Below, piece after piece: positions 1-8,758 of a DNA stretch of 58,773 nt. A program made the position numbers and the translations under genes. The notes beneath the pieces were generated by a model. It did not search any database and was not told the DNA's origin. It saw only the letters and a program-made list of their open reading frames with translations. Numbering within the stretch: position 1 is the first letter of the stretch; each line of letters opens with the position of its first letter. The stretch is from Faecousia sp. (lineage in GTDB: Bacteria > Bacillota > Clostridia > Oscillospirales > Oscillospiraceae): contig JAZNRW010000035.1 of the NCBI GenBank assembly GCA_045590835.1, positions 1-58,773 of the forward strand. Direction: 5' to 3'.

Positions 1-573
1 AAGAATCCCGGCGGCGGCCTTGCCCCTATTGGCGGCTACATTGCCGGCACAGAAGAATGTATCAACCGATGCGCTTACCGCCTGTCTGCCCCCGGCCTTG
101 GCAAGGAAGTGGGCGCAAACCTAGGCTTGATGACCAGCCTGTATCAGGGTTTCTTCCTGGCGCCAACTGTGGTCGCCAGCGCTGAAAAAGGTGCTATCTT
201 TGCTGCAAATATCTATGAATCCCTTGGTTTCCGCTGTGTTCCCAATGCCACGGAAAGCCGTCACGATATCATTCAGGCTGTGGAACTGGGCAGTGAGGAA
301 GGTATGATCGCCTTCTGTAAGGGCATCCAAGCTGCAGCACCTGTTGACAGCTTTGCAACCCCATGGCCCTCTGATATGCCCGGGTATCTGGATCGTGTAA
401 TTATGGCAGCGGGTGCATTTGTACAGGGCAGCTCTATTGAGCTGTCTGCCGACGGCCCGATTCGTCCCCCATACGCAGTCTATTTCCAGGGTGGTCTTAC
501 CTGGTATCATGCAAAGCTGGGTATCCTAATGAGCCTGCAGAAGATGGTTGACGCAAGTCTGGTAAGAATATAG
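1..573 (+). CDS. Methionine gamma-lyase family / aluminium-resistance protein (YnbB-like), 5'-truncated by window edge
   Basis: Frame is open from base 1: KNPGGGLAPIGGYIAG (PLP-lysine region), later MAAGAFVQGSSIELSADGP and YFQGGLT, typical of the YnbB family. Confidence 0.88.
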   Translation, partial: KNPGGGLAPIGGYIAGTEECINRCAYRLSAPGLGKEVGANLGLMTSLYQGFFLAPTVVASAEKGAIFAANIYESLGFRCVPNATESRHDIIQAVELGSEEGMIAFCKGIQAAAPVDSFATPWPSDMPGYLDRVIMAAGAFVQGSSIELSADGPIRPPYAVYFQGGLTWYHAKLGILMSLQKMVDASLVRI

Positions 574-597
574 AAATAAAACGAGAGGTGTAAATAT

Positions 598-1560
598 ATG
601 GATTTCCAAATTATTTTGGCTAAAATCATCGAATACAAATGGTTAATTTTTGCAATTGGTACCGCTCTTCTGTGGGGTACTGCAGAACTTTTTTATAAGA
701 AAGGCGCTCGTCCTGACGAGAAATATTCCCATCTGAAAATCTGTGTATGGGTTGGTGTTGTAATGGGCGCACACGCCATTTTCACCCTACTGACCCAAGA
801 TATTCACTATAATCCCATCAACATACTGATCTACCTGCCTGTTTCTCTGTTTTACATCATTTCCATGGCATTTTCCTATTTTGGAATGCGGTTCCTTGAG
901 GAATCCATTTCCGATCCCATCGAAAACACAGCAGGTGTTATTTGTGTTCTCCTGTTTGCCATATTTATGGGCGATGAATTCCACTGGCTTACCTGGCTTT
1001 CTGTTGGTGTGATCGCAGTTGGCGTTGTGGGTGTCAGTTATTTAGAGAACCGTGGCGAAACTCAAAGAAAAAAGACCTACGGCAAAAAACTTGCCATCGT
1101 CGCCTTCTGTATGCCCTTTGTATATGCACTTCTTGATGCCTTTGGCACATTCTTTGACGATGCGTATTTCCTGGTGGAGGATATCGCAAGTGCACCATTT
1201 GTTGATGTGACTGAAGAAACCATCGAAGCTGTTGCCAATACCAGCTATGAGCTTACCTTTGCCGCTTTTGCCCTAGGTCTGTTCATCTTTATGAAAGCAA
1301 AGGGTGTCAAATTTGGGCCTGTTTCTCAGAACAAGGACAAGGTTTTGGCTGCCGTGTTTGAAACTGCTGGTCAATTTACTTATGTCTATGCACTTGGCGC
1401 AGTAGATGCCGTTGCCGCTCCGATTCTTTCCTCTGTTTGCGTTGTGTCCCTGCTGCTTTCCCGTATCTTCCTGAAGGAAAAGCTATCCTGGAAGACCTAT
1501 GTCTTTATCACCGTTGTGATTATCGGTATTCTCTTGCTGGCAGTCAGCGAAGAGCTCTAA
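598..1560 (+). CDS. EamA/DMT family membrane transporter
   Basis: About 10 hydrophobic helices in two repeats, LLSRIFLKEKL motif near C-terminus, RBS gaggtg. Confidence 0.8.
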   Translation: MDFQIILAKIIEYKWLIFAIGTALLWGTAELFYKKGARPDEKYSHLKICVWVGVVMGAHAIFTLLTQDIHYNPINILIYLPVSLFYIISMAFSYFGMRFLEESISDPIENTAGVICVLLFAIFMGDEFHWLTWLSVGVIAVGVVGVSYLENRGETQRKKTYGKKLAIVAFCMPFVYALLDAFGTFFDDAYFLVEDIASAPFVDVTEETIEAVANTSYELTFAAFALGLFIFMKAKGVKFGPVSQNKDKVLAAVFETAGQFTYVYALGAVDAVAAPILSSVCVVSLLLSRIFLKEKLSWKTYVFITVVIIGILLLAVSEEL

Positions 1561-1603
1561 TACACCGCAACTTGTTTTCTGCCTGTAATTTATGAAATGC
1601 AGC

Positions 1604-1640
1604 AAAAAGCGCTTTAGAGTCAGACTCTAAAGCGCTTTTG
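1604..1640. terminator. Bidirectional rho-independent terminator
   Basis: aaaagcgctttagagt-cag-actctaaagcgctttt inverted repeat between convergent genes. Confidence 0.8.
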
Positions 1641-1893
1641 TTACATAGCTATCACAAAGTTGTAATTTTTCATTTCTTGAAAGAGATTTCACCGCATACT
1701 CCCGTTTCAGCGCGTGGGAATGGCTCTCACACACTTCAGAATACACCACTTTCAAAGGCCCTCTTCCACGAGTATATTTCGCGCCTTTTCCGCTTTCATG
1801 CATTTTCAGTCTGTGGGGCAAGTCGTCGGTAATCCCTGTGTACAGCGACCCGTCTTTACACTCCAGAATATATAGTACCCACTGCTTTTCCAT
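1627..1893 (-). CDS. GIY-YIG nuclease family protein (UPF0213/YazA-like)
   Basis: YILECKDGSLYTGIT, H-x-SGKGAKYTRGRGP, ALKRE motifs; 88 aa. Confidence 0.92.
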   Translation of the reverse strand: MEKQWVLYILECKDGSLYTGITDDLPHRLKMHESGKGAKYTRGRGPLKVVYSEVCESHSHALKREYAVKSLSRNEKLQLCDSYVTKAL

Positions 1894-1907
1894 ACTTCCC
1901 CCAGTGC

Positions 1908-2402
1908 TTAATGCTTTTTATCCAGAATCGTCAGCAGCCTATCCAACAGAAAGAATGTGGCGTTTCCCAGCAACAGCATTATTACAAGCCCGATCAGGCC
2001 AAATTCCTCGCTCTCTTGCAGCAGTTCTGTCATACCGAAGAGGTAGATCAGCAGGCTATACATGATGCCCACCGCTCCATTAAAAAGGAGCAGCTTGCCG
2101 ACCCAGCCAAACTTATGCTTTGCAAATACATTCTTGATATAGGGGTAGTAGCCCAAGAAGCAATACACCGTAGCTGCCTCTTTATCCGGAGCAAACAGTA
2201 TGGCCAGAATGCTCACCGCTCCATACCACGCCCAGGCGATCCGTCTGCCGCAACGGCGGAAAACGATATAACCGGTTATGGTGCACAGCATAGGGCAAAC
2301 GAAGGTAGCAACGGGGATCAGACCGCCGAGACACATAATGACTATGGCGACCGCCGCCAGCACGCCTCCCAAGGCAATGGCGTGGGTGTTGTTTTTCCTC
2401 AT
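1908..2402 (-). CDS. Conserved membrane protein of unknown function
   Basis: Several TM helices, FLGYYP motif, 4-nt overlap with the pncB stop. Confidence 0.75.
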   Translation of the reverse strand: MRKNNTHAIALGGVLAAVAIVIMCLGGLIPVATFVCPMLCTITGYIVFRRCGRRIAWAWYGAVSILAILFAPDKEAATVYCFLGYYPYIKNVFAKHKFGWVGKLLLFNGAVGIMYSLLIYLFGMTELLQESEEFGLIGLVIMLLLGNATFFLLDRLLTILDKKH

Positions 2403-3853
2403 TTCTTTCCGTTCTTTTTCAGCAGGCCGTACTTAATATCCCACAGTTTCTGGGACAGGTCCACATAGTAGGTATGGGGATTGTCAAATCGCTTGACTTC
2501 GTCCCACAGGGTATCGATCTGCTCCAGGCAGTACTTCCGTACCTGATGAATATCGGGGCACTGGTAGACCAGCTCGCCGTTCTTGAAAATGGGAACCTGC
2601 AGTTCCTTTGCGGTGAAATCATACACATTTTTCCGTTTCCAGGTAGCATCCGGATCGAAGATCTCCAGCTCACCGCTGTCATCCACCGTCTCGTCATAGA
2701 CGCACAGGTAGTCCGCAATGGCCTTTCCTGTATCATTACCGAAGAAGCGATAGAGCTTCTTATAGTGGGGGTTGGTGATCTTTCCGGTGTTCTCGGAGAT
2801 CTTGATCTTAGGAATCACTTCTCCTGTCTCGGTTTCCACTGCAGTCAGCTTATAAACGCCGCCGAACACAGGCTCGCTCTTGGCAGTGATCAGCCGCTCA
2901 CCAACGCCGAACATATCGATCTGAGCGCCCTGGTGGAGTAAATCTTCAATAATGTACTCATCCAGAGAGTTAGAGACAGAAATCTTACATTCTGTCCAAC
3001 CGGCATCATCCAGCATTTTTCTGGCCTTTCGGCTCAAATATGCCATATCACCGGAATCCAACCGGATACCGCACTTTGTAATACCCATAGGTTTCAGAAC
3101 TTCATTGAATGCCCGGATAGCATTGGGCACACCGGATTTCAAGGTGTTGTAGGTATCCACAAGCAAGGTTGCATTATTGGGATACATTTGGCAGTAGGCC
3201 TTAAACGCTTCATATTCCGTATCAAACATCTGCACCCAGGCATGAGCCATGGTGCCACCGGCGTAGACGCCAAACAGCTGGTCGGAAATGGTGCAGGCTG
3301 TGCCGTTGCAACCGCCGATATAAGCTGCTCTTGCACCCAGAATGGCCGCGTCAGCTCCCTGGGCCCGCCTAGAGCCGAATTCCAGAACCGTTCGACCCTG
3401 TGCCGCTCTGACAACACGGTTGGCCTTAGTGGCGATGAGGCTCTGGTGGTTCACCGACAACAGGATAAATGTTTCGATTAGCTGCGCTTCAATAGCTGGA
3501 GCGCGGATGGTCATAATGGGCTCTTTGGGGAACACCGGTGTTCCCTCAGGAACTGCCCAGATGTCGCCGGTGAAGCGGAAGTTCTCCAGGTATTTCAGAA
3601 AATCCTCGGTGAACATATCTCGCTTACGCAGGTATGCAATATCCTCGGCAGAAAAGTGCAGATTCTGAATATAAGAGACGATCTGCTCCAATCCGGCGGC
3701 GATTGCAAAGCCGCCCCCATCCGGGCACTGCCGGAAAAACACGTCGAAATAGCAAATACGGTCCTTGTAGCCCTTTTCAAAATACCCATTGCCCATGGTC
3801 AATTCATAGAAATCGCAGAGCATGGTCATATTCAGCTTATCACTTGAAACCAT
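2399..3853 (-). CDS. pncB: Nicotinate phosphoribosyltransferase
   Basis: DFYELTM, EFGSRRAQG, GTMAHAW, LVDTY, IRLDSGD, SNSLDE, GGVYKL motifs. Confidence 0.96.
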   Translation of the reverse strand: MVSSDKLNMTMLCDFYELTMGNGYFEKGYKDRICYFDVFFRQCPDGGGFAIAAGLEQIVSYIQNLHFSAEDIAYLRKRDMFTEDFLKYLENFRFTGDIWAVPEGTPVFPKEPIMTIRAPAIEAQLIETFILLSVNHQSLIATKANRVVRAAQGRTVLEFGSRRAQGADAAILGARAAYIGGCNGTACTISDQLFGVYAGGTMAHAWVQMFDTEYEAFKAYCQMYPNNATLLVDTYNTLKSGVPNAIRAFNEVLKPMGITKCGIRLDSGDMAYLSRKARKMLDDAGWTECKISVSNSLDEYIIEDLLHQGAQIDMFGVGERLITAKSEPVFGGVYKLTAVETETGEVIPKIKISENTGKITNPHYKKLYRFFGNDTGKAIADYLCVYDETVDDSGELEIFDPDATWKRKNVYDFTAKELQVPIFKNGELVYQCPDIHQVRKYCLEQIDTLWDEVKRFDNPHTYYVDLSQKLWDIKYGLLKKNGKK

Positions 3854-3885
3854 AAGATTGCACCTCGTTTTATAAGAGTGACTAT

Positions 3886-3914
3886 ATTATAAAATACATT
3901 GATATAAATAGCAA
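3886..3914 (-). promoter_or_regulatory. SigA-type promoter of pncB
   Basis: TTGCTA-17bp-TATAAT on the minus strand. Confidence 0.6.
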
Positions 3915-3922
3915 TCCTTTTA

Positions 3923-3951
3923 TTGACACTTTGCTAATTTTGGTCTATATT
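3923..3951 (+). promoter_or_regulatory. SigA-type promoter of the thioesterase/EIIC operon
   Basis: TTGACA-17bp-TATATT. Confidence 0.65.
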
Positions 3952-3979
3952 GGGATCATAAAAATTCAGGAGGAAAATC

Positions 3980-4366
3980 ATGGAGCTTGTAAAAGGAATG
4001 AAGGGTGAAGCATCCACCACTGTGGAGAGGGAGGATACCGCCTACGAGGTGGGTTCCGGCAGTCTGTTGGTCTATGCAACACCCTGTATGGTAGCATTGA
4101 TGGAAGGTGCCGCCTGCGAGGCCATTGCCCCCGCCCTGCCGGAGGACAAGACCTCTGTTGGCACTGCCCTGAACATCACCCACCTGTCTGCCACACCGGT
4201 AGGTTTGGAGGTTCGTGCCGAGGCTGAGGTTACGGAAGTAGACGGCAACATGGTCACTTTCCAGATCACCGCCTATGACGAGTCCGGTAAAATCGGCGAA
4301 GGCACACATAAGCGCGCAATCGTCAACACCCAGCGTTTTTTAGATAAAGCATACGCAAAACTTTAA
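3980..4366 (+). CDS. Hot-dog thioesterase, fluoroacetyl-CoA thioesterase (FlK)-like
   Basis: GSGSLLVYATPCMVALMEGAA, SVGT-x-L-x-I-x-H-x-x-ATPVG, GEGTHKR; RBS aggagg. Confidence 0.9.
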   Translation: MELVKGMKGEASTTVEREDTAYEVGSGSLLVYATPCMVALMEGAACEAIAPALPEDKTSVGTALNITHLSATPVGLEVRAEAEVTEVDGNMVTFQITAYDESGKIGEGTHKRAIVNTQRFLDKAYAKL

Positions 4367-4381
4367 TTTTTAAGAAAGCAG

Positions 4382-5503
4382 ATGATGAAAATGGGAAAAG
4401 TAAAAGCATTTTTGCAACGGAAGGATATTATTTTCTCCGGTAAACGTTACGGTATCGATGCCTTGGGCGCAATGGCGCAGGGTCTTTTCTGTACTTTGCT
4501 GGTAGGCACCATCCTCAATACCATCGGTCAGCAGTTTCAAATTGATTTTTTGAATCGAATCCTTGTCACACTGAAAAGCGCCGATGGGACTAATGAGATT
4601 CATTATAACTTAGGCGGCCTTGCCTCTGCCATGGTTGGCCCCGGCATTGCGGTTGCCATCGGCTTTGCCCTGAAGTGCCCCCCGCTGGTGCTGTTTTCGC
4701 TGATCCCCGTTGGCTTCGCCGCCAACGCAATGGGCGGCGCGGGCGGACCTCTGGCAGTTTACTTTGTGGCGATTGTAGCCGCAGAATGTGGCAAACTGGT
4801 CTCTAAGGAAACCAAGATCGACATTCTTGTTACTCCCATTGTGACGATTTTGGTAGGTATCGGTGTTTCCTCTTTGGTTGCAGCCCCCATCGGCACTGCA
4901 GCCAAGGCAGTCGGTACTGCCGTTATGTGGGCAACGGAGCTGCAGCCCTTCTTCATGGGTATTTTGGTGTCTGTGATCATTGGTATCGCGCTAACACTCC
5001 CCATCAGCTCCGCCGCAATCTGCGCCGCATTTGGTCTGACGGGCCTTGCAGGCGGCGCTGCGGTAGCAGGCTGCTGCGCACACATGGTTGGCTTTGCAGT
5101 CATGAGCTTCCGGGAAAACCGCTGGGGCGGCCTGGTGGCCCAAGGTATCGGCACCAGCATGCTGCAAATGCCCAATCTGGTAAAAAATCCCCGTTGCTGG
5201 ATCCCCCCTGTTCTGGCGTCCGCCATTACCGGACCTCTGGCAACCTGCCTGTTTAAGCTCCAAATGAACGGTGCGCCGGTATCCTCTGGCATGGGCACAT
5301 GCGGTCTAGTGGGACAGATCGGTGTATACACCGGTTGGGTCAACGATGTAGCTGCCGGCACGAAGGCTGCTATCACTCCCATGGACTGGGTGGGTATGGT
5401 TCTGATCTGCTTTGTGCTTCCGGCGATCCTCAGCTGGGTCTTCTGCCAGATCCTGCGGAAGTGGAACTGGATCAAGGAAGGCGACTTAAAGCTTCCCCTG
5501 TAA
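4382..5503 (+). CDS. Orphan PTS EIIC-like membrane protein (PfoR-like family)
   Basis: AMAQGLFCTLLVG, GGAGGPL, LTLPISSAAI, GIGTSMLQMPN, SGMGTCGLVG motifs. Confidence 0.85.
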   Translation: MMKMGKVKAFLQRKDIIFSGKRYGIDALGAMAQGLFCTLLVGTILNTIGQQFQIDFLNRILVTLKSADGTNEIHYNLGGLASAMVGPGIAVAIGFALKCPPLVLFSLIPVGFAANAMGGAGGPLAVYFVAIVAAECGKLVSKETKIDILVTPIVTILVGIGVSSLVAAPIGTAAKAVGTAVMWATELQPFFMGILVSVIIGIALTLPISSAAICAAFGLTGLAGGAAVAGCCAHMVGFAVMSFRENRWGGLVAQGIGTSMLQMPNLVKNPRCWIPPVLASAITGPLATCLFKLQMNGAPVSSGMGTCGLVGQIGVYTGWVNDVAAGTKAAITPMDWVGMVLICFVLPAILSWVFCQILRKWNWIKEGDLKLPL

Positions 5504-5511
5504 GTACATAC

Positions 5512-5545
5512 AAAAACCCGTACGACTAAGATCGTACGGGTTTTC
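5512..5545. terminator. Bidirectional terminator
   Basis: aaaacccgtacga-ctaaga-tcgtacgggtttt between convergent genes. Confidence 0.85.
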
Positions 5546-5546
5546 T

Positions 5547-6146
5547 TTATATCTCTTGTCTGCCCTCCAGGGCCCGGGAGAGAGTTACCTCGTCGGCATA
5601 TTCTAGCTGGCTTCCCACCGGCACACCGTAGGCAAGGCGTGTCACCTTGACCTCCATAGGCCGCAACAGGCGGGAAATGTACATGGCTGTAGCCTCGCCC
5701 TCCGTATCCGGGTTGGTGGCCATAATTACTTCCTGCACATCTGTGGTTGCCACCCGATGCAGCAGCTCCTTCACCCGAATATCATCCTGGGTCACATGGT
5801 TCAGCGGAGAGATCACACCATGCAGCACATGATATACGCCGTTAAACTCGCGGCTGCGCTCCATGGCAATCACATCTTTCGGCTCCGCCACCACGCAGAT
5901 CACAGATCGGTTGCGCATATCATCTTCGCAAATAGGACACACTTCCCGGTCTGTCAGGTTCTGGCAAACTGGGCAGGTATGCACCGTGCGTTTAGCTTCT
6001 AAAATTGCTTCAGCAAATTCTTGCGCATCCTCCAGCGGCAGTTCCAGCACATGAAACGCCAGCCGCTGAGCGGTTTTGCCGCCAATGCCAGGAAGTCTTG
6101 CAAACTGATCGGCAAGATTCTGTAAAGCAGCGGGAAAATACTGCAT
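5547..6146 (-). CDS. recR: Recombination mediator RecR
   Basis: LPGIGGKTAQRLA HhH, C4 zinc finger, Toprim ATNPDTEGEATA, GSQLEYAD. Confidence 0.97.
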   Translation of the reverse strand: MQYFPAALQNLADQFARLPGIGGKTAQRLAFHVLELPLEDAQEFAEAILEAKRTVHTCPVCQNLTDREVCPICEDDMRNRSVICVVAEPKDVIAMERSREFNGVYHVLHGVISPLNHVTQDDIRVKELLHRVATTDVQEVIMATNPDTEGEATAMYISRLLRPMEVKVTRLAYGVPVGSQLEYADEVTLSRALEGRQEI

Positions 6147-6155
6147 GTGACCTCC

Positions 6156-6500
6156 TTAGAACAGGCCGCCCAAGTTCAGGCCGCCGGTCAATCGGGACAT
6201 ATTGTTTGCAGAATCCGTGTCCGCTGCACGCATAGCTTCATTGACTGCCGCGATCACCATGTCCTGCAGCATCTCAACATCATCGGGATCCACAGCTTCC
6301 GGATTGATTTCTAAGGAAACCACCTCGTGCTTACCGTTAACGCTGGCTTTTACCATGCCGCCGCCTGCTGCAGCAGTGTAGGTCTTATTCTCCATTTCCT
6401 CCTGCATACGCAGAAGATCCTGCTGCATTTTCTGAGCCTGCTTCATCATAGCAGCTTGATTCATACCACCGGGCATACCCCGGAATCCACCTTTTGCCAT
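6156..6500 (-). CDS. ebfC: Nucleoid-associated protein YbaB/EbfC
   Basis: MKQAQKMQ, AGGGMV, DVEMLQDMVIAAVNEA; lies between dnaX and recR. Confidence 0.95.
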   Translation of the reverse strand: MAKGGFRGMPGGMNQAAMMKQAQKMQQDLLRMQEEMENKTYTAAAGGGMVKASVNGKHEVVSLEINPEAVDPDDVEMLQDMVIAAVNEAMRAADTDSANNMSRLTGGLNLGGLF

Positions 6501-6503
6501 GGT

Positions 6504-8117
6504 TTAATCTCCTTCATGTCCTTTGATTTTTATCACGTCAGAATGGTCTCTGCCGAACTGCAGAAGCTGTTCCATTTGTTCACTTTTTGTGCCGGATATG
6601 GTCTTATCAGCGGTAATTACCCCAATAGGTGTACCCAACTTTGCAGAGGCCTTTCTGGACACCAGTTCCAGTATCTCCGGCTTGTTGATAATTTCCATGA
6701 TAAAGCTGTTGGCGCATACCAACACCAATCGATTGCCTTTCAGAACGCCCTGAACTGGGGCGTTGGGTGTGGATACAAAGAATCCGGAAACGGGAGGCTT
6801 CAATTCACTTCTGATCTGTGCGGAAATATCCGTCCAAAAACCCACCGGAGCCTGGTCTAATACGGGGACAGGCTCTTCTTTTTCTACAGGGGGTGCATCC
6901 CGGTCATCAGGCAGGGGCGGAATATCCTCAGTGGATGTATTGCCAGCAGGCGCTACTGTCTGAAAGCTACCGCTTTTAATCTGATCCTCCAAACGGGTCA
7001 GGCGGGCATTTAGAGCCTCTGCATCCAGCTGCAGTTCCGGCTGGCAGAGATTTACAATACACAGTTCTGCATCCATCCGGCGGCTGGCGCTGCGAATAAA
7101 GCCGGCGGCGGTCTTCTGGATCAGATCCAGCATCCGTACCAGTTCAGCAACAGTAAAGCGACCGGCAAGCTGTTTCACTTCCCCATCGGTAGCTACGCCG
7201 GAGAGCATACTGATCCCCTCCCGGGGCGCAGCCTGCATCACCATAAGGTCACGGGTCAGGCAGGCAAGCTCGTCCAGCAGGGCGGCCATATCCTTACCCT
7301 CGGCATAAAACCGGTTCAGCAGCGCCAATGCGCCTCCCGTATTCTGATCTGCGATACAGGCCATCAGCTTTCCGCACTCCTGAATGCCGGCGATACCTAG
7401 GCAGGCATATACCTTGTCCACCGTCAGTTCTCCGGTGGTTGCCGATGCGCACTGGTCCAGTAAACTCAGGCCATCACGCATACCGCCGTCAGCCAACCGT
7501 GCCAGCACTCTGGCAGCAGAATCTTCTAATTCAATGTTCTCTTGATAAGCAACATATTGCAGTCTGGCCGCAATGTCGTCCTGCCCGATTCGTCGGAAGG
7601 TAAACCGTTGACAGCGGGACAGGATGGTCGCCGGAACCTTATGCAGCTCTGTGGTTGCCAAGATAAACAGCAGGTGCTCCGGCGGTTCTTCGATGATCTT
7701 CAGCAGTGCATTGAATGCAGAAATAGACAGCATATGCACCTCGTCGATGATGTACACCCGCATCCTTACCTGAGATGGTGTATAGACCGCGTCATCCCGC
7801 AGATCCCGGACATTGTCCACGCCGTTGTTGGAGGCTGCGTCAATTTCCAGCACATCCATACAGGAACCGGAGTCAATGGCCCGGCAGGATTTACAACAAT
7901 TGCAGGGATTGCCATCTTGGGGATTCTCGCAGTTAACAGCCTTTGCCAGGATTTTTGCGCTGCTGGTTTTGCCCGTTCCCCGTGAACCGGTGAACAGGTA
8001 TGCATGGCTCAGCTTTCCCGTTTGCAATTGGGTCTTCAGGGTCTGGGTGACCGCCATCTGACCAACCACATCGTCAAAAGTCTGTGGCCGATATTTTCGA
8101 TACAAAGCCTGGTACAT
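6504..8117 (-). CDS. dnaX: DNA polymerase III gamma/tau subunit
   Basis: LYRKYRPQTF, GSRGTGKT, EIDAAS, IIDEVHML, SRC motifs; start reset to ATG 8117 behind RBS ggagg. Confidence 0.97.
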   Translation of the reverse strand: MYQALYRKYRPQTFDDVVGQMAVTQTLKTQLQTGKLSHAYLFTGSRGTGKTSSAKILAKAVNCENPQDGNPCNCCKSCRAIDSGSCMDVLEIDAASNNGVDNVRDLRDDAVYTPSQVRMRVYIIDEVHMLSISAFNALLKIIEEPPEHLLFILATTELHKVPATILSRCQRFTFRRIGQDDIAARLQYVAYQENIELEDSAARVLARLADGGMRDGLSLLDQCASATTGELTVDKVYACLGIAGIQECGKLMACIADQNTGGALALLNRFYAEGKDMAALLDELACLTRDLMVMQAAPREGISMLSGVATDGEVKQLAGRFTVAELVRMLDLIQKTAAGFIRSASRRMDAELCIVNLCQPELQLDAEALNARLTRLEDQIKSGSFQTVAPAGNTSTEDIPPLPDDRDAPPVEKEEPVPVLDQAPVGFWTDISAQIRSELKPPVSGFFVSTPNAPVQGVLKGNRLVLVCANSFIMEIINKPEILELVSRKASAKLGTPIGVITADKTISGTKSEQMEQLLQFGRDHSDVIKIKGHEGD

Positions 8118-8157
8118 ACTTACCTCCAAGATACGATAGGCCGGCTCATAACAAGAT

Positions 8158-8422
8158 CGCACACCTACCTTTGAATCAGCCCAATACCCGGTTTCCGTGC
8201 AGCCAACTCAGGAACGACGCCCCCGCGGCACACAGAAAGATCCGCTTAATGCTGCTTGGTTCCCCACCTGACATGGTTCACGGGATTCTGTTGCGCAGGA
8301 TCGTTCCTTCAACGCCACTTACACGGGCCGGACGGCACCGGGGCAAACCCGGGTGTAGGAATTCATCCCTGCTATAGCGGATTGCAGGTAACAGGGCACC
8401 GCTATCTCCCCGACTAGTGCGA
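8158..8422 (-). ncRNA. ffs: Large (Bacillus/Clostridium-type) signal recognition particle RNA
   Basis: Alu-domain 5' end GGGGAGATAGCGGTGCCCTGTTACCTGCAATCCGCTATAGCAGGG and helix 8 CATGTCAGGTGGGGAACCAAGCAGCATTAAG; classic position upstream of dnaX; ends approximate. Confidence 0.93.
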
Positions 8423-8467
8423 CCTTGTTATAAGCCGGCCTGCCTTAACAAGGGTATTAGATTACAG

Positions 8468-8689
8468 TTAGTTCACCTTAGACTCAATAAAATCAGCCAG
8501 TTCCTGGAATGTGGTGATCTTCTGATCCTCCATTTCCAGCTCAACACCGATCTCGGTCTCCAAGTCCATGATCATCTCCACAATGTCCAGAGAATCAATA
8601 CCCAGACTTTCAAAGGTGCTGTCGGGAGTGATTTCCTCGGGATTCAGTTCCAGCTGCTTGACAGCATAGGACACAAGCTTTTCATACAT
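8468..8689 (-). CDS. acpP: Acyl carrier protein
   Basis: 73 aa, acidic, LGIDSLDIVE phosphopantetheine site. Confidence 0.9.
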   Translation of the reverse strand: MYEKLVSYAVKQLELNPEEITPDSTFESLGIDSLDIVEMIMDLETEIGVELEMEDQKITTFQELADFIESKVN

Positions 8690-8729
8690 ATCTATCTACC
8701 TCCAAAAAGGTTATTCTCAGTACTAGAGT

Positions 8730-8758
8730 ATTTTATTACAAGTGTAGATATTTGTCAA
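8730..8758 (-). promoter_or_regulatory. SigA-type promoter of acp
   Basis: TTGACA-17bp-TAAAAT. Confidence 0.7.

Noticed and set aside
1627-1893. GIY-YIG nuclease as a possible homing endonuclease or defence gene
   Set aside because: It is the short, widespread UPF0213 type with no DNA-binding extension, intron or partner genes
8084-8377. 97-aa ORF and the N-terminal extension of dnaX to 8162
   Set aside because: Both overlap the SRP RNA or its precursor stem; dnaX has a good RBS and start at 8117
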